Shown: piece by piece, positions 57,130-64,000 of the stretch
Numbering within the stretch: position 1 is the first letter of the stretch
Layout: the number at the start of each line of letters is the position of its first letter
NCBI GenBank assembly: GCA_018302815.1
Contig: JAGVZE010000012.1
Span: 6,010 to 70,009 of the forward strand
Direction of reading: 5' to 3'
Length of the DNA stretch: 64,000 nucleotides
DNA from: Candidatus Woesearchaeota archaeon
GTDB lineage: Archaea > Nanobdellota > Nanobdellia > Woesearchaeales > ARS49
Notes under the pieces: generated by a model
Databases searched by the model: none
What the model was told of the DNA's origin: nothing
What the model saw: only the letters and a program-made list of their open reading frames with translations
Translations under genes and position numbers: made by a program

Positions 57130-58160
57130 CTTTGTTGGAGGGTCTTATCCTGATAGTTGCACGCCTGCCCTCCTTGTGCGACTGTGAAGTGTCCGCAGTA
57201 ACTTATGCTAGCTGATGCGGCGGCGTACGCATCAACACAGCCAGTGCCAAGGCCGTCAGTCATTAGCTGGTCTGAGGTTTGTCCGCACGCGGCCCATATT
57301 CTGCATTTTCCGCTTCGCGCGCAAAGTGATGTTGATGCGGTTGCGAGCTGGAACTTTTTGACGTTCTTGATTTCTTTTGTGAGCTTGTATATTCTGTCCA
57401 CTTGGGGCTTGTAAATGCTCGGTACTTTGTTGAGATAGCCGTCTTCAACCGGGTTGGGGTCGTTGTCGACTTGTTCTAGCGTGTCGAGGATTTTCTGGTA
57501 TGAATATCCTTTTGTGGATGCTGCTTTGATTAGGAATGGTCGTTTTTGTATTTCTCTTTCTCTTAGAATCTTGAGTGTTTTGAGGTATGCTGCTTTGTAT
57601 TTGTCGAATCGCGCGCGATCTTGCGGTGTGAGGCTTTGCGCTTCCATTGTTGAACGCAGTGCTTTTTGCATTTCTTTTACTGTGACTTTCTGCGGTCCTG
57701 ATGCGAAGTCTACGACTCCTTCTTCTGCTAGAAGTTCGTTGTCGTTGATTATGAAGCTTGTTCCTCGAACGGTTGCGACTGTGTTTGGCGTTTTGACTTC
57801 AAATTCTTCAACGCCTGTTAGCTTGTTGACTTTGTTCCAGGTTTCTCCTGCTGCTTGTGTTAGCATGACTTTTTTACCTGATACTTCATCGAGCGATAGT
57901 TCGGTGTTCGGTTCGAGGTATACGAATTCGCTTTCTCGGATGACGACGAGAGCTTCTCCGTCGGTTGTCCTGATGGCGTTTCCTGCAGTAAGCTCCATTT
58001 CGTGCGTTGCTGCCTGCCAGCCTGAACCTAGGTTGACTTCGACTGTTCCGCGTTCAATATAGAGGAGCGCGTCAGTTGGTGATGGCGGGACAAGAACCAT
58101 GTATGCTCCAACGCCAATGACTAAAATTAAGACGCCAAGCGCGATTAAGAGTTTGTTCAT
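57114..58160 (-). CDS. FecR-domain protein with N-terminal TM anchor and Cys-rich C-terminus
   Basis: Start refined to MNKLLIALGVLILVIG. FecR-like beta segment (AGNAIRTTDGEALV...FEVKTPNTVATVRGTSFII). The 3' end overlaps the cyclase start by 16 nt. Confidence 0.7.
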   Translation of the reverse strand: MNKLLIALGVLILVIGVGAYMVLVPPSPTDALLYIERGTVEVNLGSGWQAATHEMELTAGNAIRTTDGEALVVIRESEFVYLEPNTELSLDEVSGKKVMLTQAAGETWNKVNKLTGVEEFEVKTPNTVATVRGTSFIINDNELLAEEGVVDFASGPQKVTVKEMQKALRSTMEAQSLTPQDRARFDKYKAAYLKTLKILREREIQKRPFLIKAASTKGYSYQKILDTLEQVDNDPNPVEDGYLNKVPSIYKPQVDRIYKLTKEIKNVKKFQLATASTSLCARSGKCRIWAACGQTSDQLMTDGLGTGCVDAYAAASASISYCGHFTVAQGGQACNYQDKTLQQRCICP

Positions 58161-58251
58161 GTCATTCACACAACGTCTGTTGTTTAAAAAGATTTCGAGG
58201 GATGAGTTTCGCCCCATAATCATTATATATGATAAGCAAAACCAAAAAAGT

Positions 58252-58395
58252 ATGGACGAATCTAAAAAAGAGGCAGTTGAGAAGCTCGCGCGCAACCTTT
58301 ATGGTTTGCACTTGGCTTCGTCTATGGAAGAGGCGCTAAAGCGCGCGCAAGAGATTTTGTCAAGTCAGGCTGAACAGACGCCAGTTGATGAGTAA
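58252..58395 (+). CDS. Small protein (47 aa) whose 3' end is duplicated 2 kb downstream
   Basis: MDESKKEAVEKLARNLYGLHLASSMEEALKRAQEILSSQAEQTPVDE. A TATA-like CATTATATATGA lies ~25 nt upstream. Confidence 0.45.
   Translation: MDESKKEAVEKLARNLYGLHLASSMEEALKRAQEILSSQAEQTPVDE
58306..58395 (+). repeat. Direct repeat copy A (90 nt, 3' end of the small ORF)
   Basis: Matches 60389-60478 at 80/90 positions, including a 46-nt identical core AAGAGGCGCTAAAGCGCGCGCAAGAGATTTTGTCAAGTCAGGCTGA. Confidence 0.9.
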
Positions 58396-60388
58396 GAACC
58401 GCACACCTGCCAGTTAACAAATTCATAGATATTCACTAATAACTGATATCGCATTACAAATTTAGGAAACACGGATGTTTTTTATAGGTTTATACATTAT
58501 AACGTCTGAATGGCGCAACTATCAAACGAAGATGTGCGGCTTGTAAATATTCTTAAATTAAACATTAGCGAACTGAATACAAATTTGAATAATGCGATTT
58601 CAACAGGATCTGCACTGTATTATCCCAGTATGGCGCAACACTGGAGTAACGTGGAGCATATTCTTGGCAATCTCAAAGTATTTGGAGCAAGCAACGATAC
58701 GTTCATGGCGCAGGCAAAATCATTGAGTGCTGATTTTAATCTGAAATCGAACAGTATTGAAGTTGCGGGAAGACAATTGTCATTTACAGAATACCAGAAT
58801 CAATCAGCAAAACTAATAGGAACGATTGAACAAGCCATCAATCAACTACTAGTGACAAGCCAGCCAACCCCGCCCAAGTTATCAACTCCTGCAAACATTC
58901 AACCGCGTTCAACAGGTGAATGGTGGACTGTGCCTCGATTTTTATTGGTGAGGGTTATAGCCGAAGAGACTCGTAAAGCTGCAAGCAGAGGTTTTGCCCA
59001 AACAGAAGCAAAATTGGGTGGAAGCATAATTGCGCCGTACTGTCCGAAATTATATTACGGAATGTCTCGCAGTGGAGCGAGTGCTGGCGATGGTATCTTA
59101 TTCAGAGCTAAAACGCTTGAAACACTTTATTTTGAAGACGCTGCAATGAAATCAACAACGATGGTTGATGCTATTTTGAGGAGAATTCGCATACTGCGCC
59201 AAGAAGACACGCAAATACCGGCGTTCACTCAAGAAAAATGCAGCCTAAAAGAATTCATGCTTGTGTGTTTATGTTTGGGCAAATACAATGAGGTATCTTT
59301 TGATATGGATAACACTGAGATTACCGGCGTTTTCTTGACCGAACGTAAGCTAACTAAGGAAATTGAATTTGAACTTCAACGGGTGCTTGAATTTTTTGCG
59401 CAGGCAAAGGGCTTGCCTGTCTACCTTATCAAAACAGGTAAACAGTTGGACAGCAATCTCAAGATGTTAAGAGAAAAAATGAGGTCTGTTTTTCCAGCTG
59501 ATATCAAAATACCGCCCGAGACTCTTAATATTTACAAAGCGGATAATGACGTATTCAAGATGATTAAGCACGTAAGAGAACAGGGAGGAGATGCGTGGAT
59601 TGATGTGAATTTTCCGGAGATTTTTGGCCAATACCCGGGAAATATAGCGCCGATTAGAATGTATGAATCAAATAACAATTATACTCCTGCAGTTGTTCAT
59701 ACGATATTTTCAAAATACGCGCATGATTCAAGGACGCCTCAATTGATTCAGCCGGATATTCGCTCATCTGATGAAGTTCTATTCATATCATATTCACAAG
59801 ATACTAGCAAGACTCTTAAAAGTCTGCTTGGCAGCAACTTGCTATTCTTCAGAGAATGGAAGGGTATTTCCGTGATAGTTGTACGAGTAAGGGGAACACC
59901 ACTTCAAAATGAGGCATTCATGATTGGAAAACTCAACCCCTCGTTCAGAGAGCCGGAACGTATAACTGGCGCTTTGTCTATGGAGCGCATAAAGAATTAT
60001 GCGAGAGACGCAAAAATGGCAGGACTTGAATCCCTCAAAAAAGTGAGTACTTTTGGAATTCGGCACGATATCAAATCAGATGAATTGTCAAGCTTTATTG
60101 AAACATTATTGATGTGGAATGCTGCTTGTTTGGAGAATTCATCCATGAACGAAAAATTTAGCACGATATTTGAATCCAGAAAGATCGTAATTGGACTTCT
60201 GCAGGCAGAAATGAGATCTAAATACGCCGGATGGACTTTGTATGAACTTGCAGTGCGTTTGGATGAAGTAAAAGACAATAGGTATTCCAACGCGCTTAAA
60301 GAATTAGAACAATCAGCAGATGTAAGACGGGCAGCATAAGTCAGACAATCCGCATAGCATATCAGAACCTCTAAATGAATAAGTACTG
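58396..60388 (+). mobile_element. Candidate inserted segment (~2.0 kb) bounded by the 90-nt direct repeats
   Basis: Flanked by the direct repeats, carries a single orphan ORF with its own TATA-like box, and looks AT-richer than its flanks. No integrase or transposase motif seen, so mobility is inferred only. Confidence 0.3.
58510..60339 (+). CDS. Orphan protein (609 aa), no recognisable domain
   Basis: Uninterrupted ORF with TATA-like TTTTTATAGGTTTATACATTATA 10-30 nt upstream. No catalytic or structural motif identified. Confidence 0.6.
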   Translation: MAQLSNEDVRLVNILKLNISELNTNLNNAISTGSALYYPSMAQHWSNVEHILGNLKVFGASNDTFMAQAKSLSADFNLKSNSIEVAGRQLSFTEYQNQSAKLIGTIEQAINQLLVTSQPTPPKLSTPANIQPRSTGEWWTVPRFLLVRVIAEETRKAASRGFAQTEAKLGGSIIAPYCPKLYYGMSRSGASAGDGILFRAKTLETLYFEDAAMKSTTMVDAILRRIRILRQEDTQIPAFTQEKCSLKEFMLVCLCLGKYNEVSFDMDNTEITGVFLTERKLTKEIEFELQRVLEFFAQAKGLPVYLIKTGKQLDSNLKMLREKMRSVFPADIKIPPETLNIYKADNDVFKMIKHVREQGGDAWIDVNFPEIFGQYPGNIAPIRMYESNNNYTPAVVHTIFSKYAHDSRTPQLIQPDIRSSDEVLFISYSQDTSKTLKSLLGSNLLFFREWKGISVIVVRVRGTPLQNEAFMIGKLNPSFREPERITGALSMERIKNYARDAKMAGLESLKKVSTFGIRHDIKSDELSSFIETLLMWNAACLENSSMNEKFSTIFESRKIVIGLLQAEMRSKYAGWTLYELAVRLDEVKDNRYSNALKELEQSADVRRAA

Positions 60389-60478
60389 TTGCACCTGGCA
60401 TCTTCAATGAAAGAGGCGCTAAAGCGCGCGCAAGAGATTTTGTCAAGTCAGGCTGAGCAGAAGCCGGTTGATGAATAG
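60389..60478 (+). repeat. Direct repeat copy B (90 nt, truncated copy of the small ORF 3' end)
   Basis: Encodes (V)LLHLASSMKEALKRAQEILSSQAEQKPVDE* in frame behind a stop codon at 60380-60382. Confidence 0.9.
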
Positions 60479-60484
60479 TGCCAA

Positions 60485-61207
60485 TCACTTCGTCCTTTTT
60501 CTGAAATAATCGATGGACTGTTGGAGTGTTTCGTATGCACGAATGAAGTCGTTTTTGTTGAATGCGAACGTCACTTGTGTGTATGTTGAAGTTACCGCGA
60601 TAATGTTGATGCTTTTGCGTGATAGCCGATTCATGAAATAGGCATAGACTCCGGGAACATCAATCGAGCGAGGTTTCCCTTTTTGAAGGGTTTCGCGCAC
60701 CGAGATTATTGTGAGGTTCTCTGTTCGTTCAATTTCGTATTTTTGTAAATCTTTTAGAAATACTGAATTTTTCATATCAAGAATAACCGTTATTTCTCCG
60801 GAGCCTTGGTTCACAAAGAATACTTCGTCGTCTTCCCAGTTGATGAGTTTGGATATCTCTGCGAGTTTACGAGAAACTTCATTGTTTCTCTTGAGCGTGG
60901 CATGAACAACATCATTTGTTGTGTATAACTTGGATCCTGCTAGAATTTCCCTCATTGACTCTGACACGCTTTCTTTTTTTGTTGTTTCAACATATCGTTT
61001 GATTGCGACGAAAATCGATTCTGGTGTCGCTTTTGGATTTTCTTTTTTTATCTTGGGCAGAAACTGACGTGCGAGCGCACTGACATTGATTAGGTCTTGT
61101 TTGAGAAGGTCTAAAAGATATAAGTCTTGTTCAATCTCCTCTTTTACAGCATCTGTCGTTTTTTGCAGTGTCAACATTTTACCAGTTATTAGTTTAAATT
61201 TCAACAA
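60485..61207 (-). CDS. Hypothetical protein, possible C-terminal ACT-like domain
   Basis: 240-aa ORF. GEITVILDM...LTIISVRE...VPGVYAYFMNRLSRKSINIIAVTSTYTQVTFAF loosely resembles tandem ACT_7-type folds. Weak support. Confidence 0.45.
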   Translation of the reverse strand: MLKFKLITGKMLTLQKTTDAVKEEIEQDLYLLDLLKQDLINVSALARQFLPKIKKENPKATPESIFVAIKRYVETTKKESVSESMREILAGSKLYTTNDVVHATLKRNNEVSRKLAEISKLINWEDDEVFFVNQGSGEITVILDMKNSVFLKDLQKYEIERTENLTIISVRETLQKGKPRSIDVPGVYAYFMNRLSRKSINIIAVTSTYTQVTFAFNKNDFIRAYETLQQSIDYFRKRTK

Positions 61208-61241
61208 AAAGTCTAAATATTTAATACTTTGCCTGCATTGT

Positions 61242-61529
61242 ATGTGCGGATCAATGTATCAAGAACCAAGAAGGATAACCAAAGAAGAAGCTGAAAAGCG
61301 GCTTGAAGAACGGGCAAGAGAATCAAGGGAAGGATACTCAGTTCAGACTTGGTTCAAGTTATCGCTTCCATTTGGTATGCTCCAGCACACTCGCGAGCTG
61401 GATTTGCTTCTCGAAGCGGCAGAACGTCCATTCCATCTTCGGCCAACGATGTATGCCTATTCGCTGCTTGGAGACGCCGTTAAACTGTACTGCTTTTACA
61501 AGGCAGCACAAGCATTGATGAGTAGTTGA
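61242..61529 (+). CDS. Hypothetical protein
   Basis: 95 aa from the ATG at 61242 (MCGSMYQEPRR). No motif recognised. Confidence 0.3.
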   Translation: MCGSMYQEPRRITKEEAEKRLEERARESREGYSVQTWFKLSLPFGMLQHTRELDLLLEAAERPFHLRPTMYAYSLLGDAVKLYCFYKAAQALMSS

Positions 61530-61625
61530 ATAATACTTCAACCATAATGCGCTGAACGAACTGATTGTCTGCCCGCTATCCTTCAAACCACACACTATAT
61601 ATAGACCGTTTTCTTATGCATCTGT

Positions 61626-61949
61626 ATGAAAAAAGTGAGTCGGGCTCTTGCGAAGGCAAGAGGTAAGGTTGCAGTTCTTGGACGTGTAAGAAAGACTGCT
61701 CGTAAGGTTGGGCGCAAGGTCAAGTCTATTAGTAAGGGCATGGCAAGGGATGCTCGTTCTGCAAGATTGGATAAGGCTCACGCCCACAAAGTTCACGAGC
61801 AAGTTCAGTTCGACGTGAAGGCGCACAAGCTTGAACAAGGCATGGTCAAAGATGCCATGCATGAAGTGGATGAATTGAAGTGCGCAGCTGACGATTTGAA
61901 GTTCTTGGCAGATACTGCAAGAAAAGTTAAGAATTCTAAGAAGAAATAA
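61626..61949 (+). CDS. Small highly basic protein
   Basis: 107 aa, K/R-rich N-terminus (KKVSRALAKARGKVAVLGRVRKTARKVGRKVK), helical C-terminus. Confidence 0.4.
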   Translation: MKKVSRALAKARGKVAVLGRVRKTARKVGRKVKSISKGMARDARSARLDKAHAHKVHEQVQFDVKAHKLEQGMVKDAMHEVDELKCAADDLKFLADTARKVKNSKKK

Positions 61950-61952
61950 GTG

Positions 61953-62145
61953 CGCCGGGGCAGGGAGTTTCATCCCAACGGCTTTAGACACCGAAAGGTT
62001 TTTGAATCTCGGTAAATCCGCATGAATCATTAATAATTCTGCGGATTTCCGATGAACTCAAGAACCGCAAGGTTCTTAAGTCCCTGAAGTCCCAAAGGGA
62101 CACAGCGTCTCAAGCTGTTGCCTTACCAGGTTAGGCTACCCCGGC
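61953..62145 (-). tRNA. tRNA-Leu(GAG) candidate with ~110-nt structured insert in the T arm
   Basis: The minus strand reads GCCGGGG TA GCCT AACCTGGTA AGGC A ACAGC TTGAGAC GCTGT GTCCCTTTGGGAC TT CAGGG [insert] CCCTG CCCCGGC G. The acceptor, D, anticodon and long variable arms fit a class II Leu tRNA. The T loop cannot be reconstructed canonically. Confidence 0.45.
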
Positions 62146-62230
62146 ACATTTTGTTCTTTTCTTTTCCCCTTTTTGAACTCATCGTCGAAAAGTTCGTAAT
62201 GTTTCTGACCTATTTCAGAAGTCCAATCTA

Positions 62231-62369
62231 CCGTCTTCCATCCTAGTCCAACTTCCTACGGCCGTCCAGCCATCCTACCGTCGTCCGTCCCGCCGTTCTC
62301 CGTACTTGCCGTCCACCGTCAAGCCGTCCTGCCCTACGTGCCATCCATCCGTCCCGCCGTCGTCCGCCC
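62231..62369 (+). repeat. CCGTC-octamer array 5 (~18 units, the longest)
   Basis: CCGTCTT CCATCCTAGT CCAACTT CCTACGG CCGTCCAG CCATCCTA CCGTCGT CCGTCCCG CCGTTCT CCGTACTTG CCGTCCA CCGTCAAG CCGTCCTG CCCTACGTG CCATCCAT CCGTCCCG CCGTCGT CCGCCC. It runs directly into TTTATATA. Confidence 0.9.
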
Positions 62370-62389
62370 TTTATATACTCCTTTATAAA
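62370..62389 (+). promoter_or_regulatory. Tandem TATA-like boxes (TTTATATA, TTTATAAA) immediately after array 5
   Basis: Read directly from the sequence. They lie ~125 nt upstream of the 62516 start. A further TTTAAATAT at ~62455 could be the actual promoter. Confidence 0.4.
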
Positions 62390-62515
62390 CTTTCTTCACG
62401 AATCAATAAAAAGCACCTGTTTTCGCCACTCACCAATGCTAACAAAACCGAAATGTTTAAATATCAGACCCTTCGCAGTAGTAGTAACTAATACCTATCG
62501 GGGTGGAAAACTACA

Positions 62516-63901
62516 ATGAAACGAATCTCAATGTTCGTAATTTTGGCTGCGCTTCTAGCTATCGGCGCGAGCGCTTTGCAGGTAGGAAGTCCTACGTTTG
62601 GCGGCGAAACTATCGACCGTGTCCAGAACGCGACTTCATCTATCGTTTTGACAAACAATGATAACCAAACACTTTCTAACATCGCGGTGACTTTTGCTGC
62701 TGATGTGAAGTATAACTTGAGGAACGGAACTGTTCCAGCGACTGTCTCGGCGAATAGCCAGGCTACAATTTCTGTTGTTGGAAACATCCCAGTTGACCAC
62801 CCAGGTATCGATTCCACCACTCTTAAGCCAGCGGCTATCAATGTTGGCACTTTCACTTTAACAGGAACTCTTTCGAACGGTTCTCAAGTGACCGCAACGG
62901 GCAATGTAATGATGCAGGCTGTTAACCAGCTTGAGATCAAGAAAGTCCGAATCGAGTGCGACACTAAGACCGACACTGTGAGCGATGGCGACAAGGTCAA
63001 GAACCTAAAGCCGGGCCAGGACTGCCAGCTCACTATCGAAGTCGAGAACAAATTCGCTGAAGACGACCGCAATGGCCAAAAGATTGGCGACATCTCATTC
63101 CCAACCATCCGTGTTGACGTAGAGTCAAGCGATGATGACCAGGTTGAAGTTGACTGCGACGAGGAAGATATTGACGACCTCGACGCTGACCAGACTGACG
63201 AGATAACCTGTGACTTGGAAATCGACGAAGAAGCTGACGACAAGTCAAGCTCTATCGACATCCGTGTCACAAGCAACGATGCGAACGGCGCGCTTCAGGG
63301 CGAAGGCCTCAACTTCAAGATGGAAGTTGTCCGCTTGACCCATGACGTGCAGATCCGCGGCGTTGAAGTAGCTCCAAGCCGTGTCTCGAACTGCGACCCG
63401 TCCAGTGTCAAATTGACCGTGAGCCTGCTCAATCAGGGTAAGCGTGACGAGAAGCGTGTTGCTGTCTCTGTTTCATCTGCTGACTTGAAGTTTGAGAAGA
63501 AGGTTCAGGACCTCGAGCTTGACAAGGACGATTCAGCTTCAGTTTCATTCGATGTTCCGGTTCCAGCGGGCCAAAAGCGTGGCGCTGTGCGATTTGAAGT
63601 AAGAAGCTTCTTTGAAAACACCGCCCAGAGCAACCAGGCTACTGTGGACTTGACTGTTGAAGACTGTGACGCTGAAAGCGAAGAGACCGAAAGCGGTTCT
63701 GTTTCGACTCCGCCTCAAACGTTCACCCAGCCTCCGGTTGTGACCGCGCCTCCAGCAGGAAGCGTCATATCCGCTCCGAAGAAGACATCGAGCTTCACGG
63801 ACAGTCCGGCATATGTCGCCTTGCTCGCAGTTGTGAGCGTGGCTGTGCTTGTCGCGTTGGTCTTGATGGTCAGCGCGCTTGTGCGAAGACGAGCTGAGTA
63901 A
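62516..63901 (+). CDS. S-layer-like / CARDB-like cell-surface protein with acidic insert and C-terminal TM anchor
   Basis: Signal peptide MKRISMFVILAALLAIGASA, beta-sandwich-like modules (IEVENKF..., VSLLNQGKRDEKRVAVSVSS), a D/E-rich segment, a P/T-rich stalk, the AYVALLAVVSVAVLVALVLMVSAL anchor and an RRRAE tail. Confidence 0.7.
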   Translation: MKRISMFVILAALLAIGASALQVGSPTFGGETIDRVQNATSSIVLTNNDNQTLSNIAVTFAADVKYNLRNGTVPATVSANSQATISVVGNIPVDHPGIDSTTLKPAAINVGTFTLTGTLSNGSQVTATGNVMMQAVNQLEIKKVRIECDTKTDTVSDGDKVKNLKPGQDCQLTIEVENKFAEDDRNGQKIGDISFPTIRVDVESSDDDQVEVDCDEEDIDDLDADQTDEITCDLEIDEEADDKSSSIDIRVTSNDANGALQGEGLNFKMEVVRLTHDVQIRGVEVAPSRVSNCDPSSVKLTVSLLNQGKRDEKRVAVSVSSADLKFEKKVQDLELDKDDSASVSFDVPVPAGQKRGAVRFEVRSFFENTAQSNQATVDLTVEDCDAESEETESGSVSTPPQTFTQPPVVTAPPAGSVISAPKKTSSFTDSPAYVALLAVVSVAVLVALVLMVSALVRRRAE

Positions 63902-63902
63902 G

Positions 63903-63940
63903 TTTTTTCTTTTTACTCTTTTTATTTTTCCTTGTTTTTT
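63903..63940 (+). terminator. Oligo-T rich tract after the S-layer-like gene
   Basis: TTTTTTCTTTTTACTCTTTTTATTTTTCCTTGTTTTTT. Confidence 0.5.
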
Positions 63941-63963
63941 GATGATGTGTAGGTGAGATTCTA

Positions 63964-64000
63964 ATGGCTGAACGCACGGTATTCATCGCAGTGCACCCTC
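63964..64000 (+). CDS. 5' fragment of an unidentified gene (runs off the window)
   Basis: ATG preceded by GGTGA. Encodes MAERTVFIAVHP..., too short to classify. Confidence 0.25.
   Translation, partial: MAERTVFIAVHP

Noticed and set aside
58510-60339. The 609-aa ORF as an integrase or transposase
   Set aside because: I could not find an R..HxxR..Y tyrosine-recombinase pattern, a serine-recombinase N-terminus, a DDE triad context or an HUH motif, so its function is left unknown.
58306-60478. The 90-nt direct repeats as a diversity-generating-retroelement TR/VR pair
   Set aside because: Mismatches are not confined to adenines of one copy (both copies carry A at different mismatch sites). No reverse transcriptase ORF is present.
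59997-60488. 163-aa minus-strand ORF
   Set aside because: It is antisense to the 3' end of the 609-aa ORF and crosses repeat copy B. It has no supporting signals.
43330-62369. CCGTC arrays as CRISPR or CRISPR-like loci
   Set aside because: Units are only 7-9 nt with no unique spacers between them. There is no leader and no cas genes are nearby.
62488-62856. 122-aa minus-strand ORF
   Set aside because: It is fully antisense to the well-supported S-layer-like gene, which has a signal peptide, an anchor and a terminator.

Overview
The window looks like a densely packed archaeal chromosomal segment. The evidence is a family-B DNA polymerase, ribosomal protein L15e, a short archaeal-type triosephosphate isomerase, TTTATAAA-type TATA boxes close to start codons, and class-III (pilin-like) signal peptides. 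A DPANN-like lineage is only my inference. About 70 protein genes are supported. Housekeeping genes include thymidine kinase, an Lhr-type helicase, grpE-dnaK-(MOSC)-dnaJ, an ABC exporter, L15e, glnA with a divergent Lrp/AsnC regulator, PolB, thioredoxin, TIM, an NDP-sugar dehydrogenase and signal peptidase I. A large share of the window encodes cell-surface proteins: a 2273-aa modular giant protein, a 614-aa Ig-like protein, a 461-aa S-layer-like protein, two lipobox proteins and three pilin-like proteins. I found no rRNA, CRISPR array, transposase or recognisable integrase. There is one tRNA-Leu(GAG) candidate whose T arm is interrupted by a ~110-nt structured insert. The most unusual signals are listed here. 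(1) Five co-oriented intergenic arrays of degenerate CCGTCNNN units lie flush against stop codons and/or just upstream of TATA boxes around pilin and surface genes. (2) A ~2-kb AT-richer segment carries one orphan 609-aa ORF and is flanked by 90-nt direct repeats that duplicate the 3' end of a small gene. (3) A eukaryote-like MtnB-ARD fusion gene is present. (4) A bacterial-style FecR / CHASE2 class-III cyclase pair is present. (5) A zinc-ribbon/AbrB toxin-antitoxin pair sits between two paralogous genes. (6) A HIT-family gene is frameshifted. All family assignments come from motifs read by eye; no searches were run.
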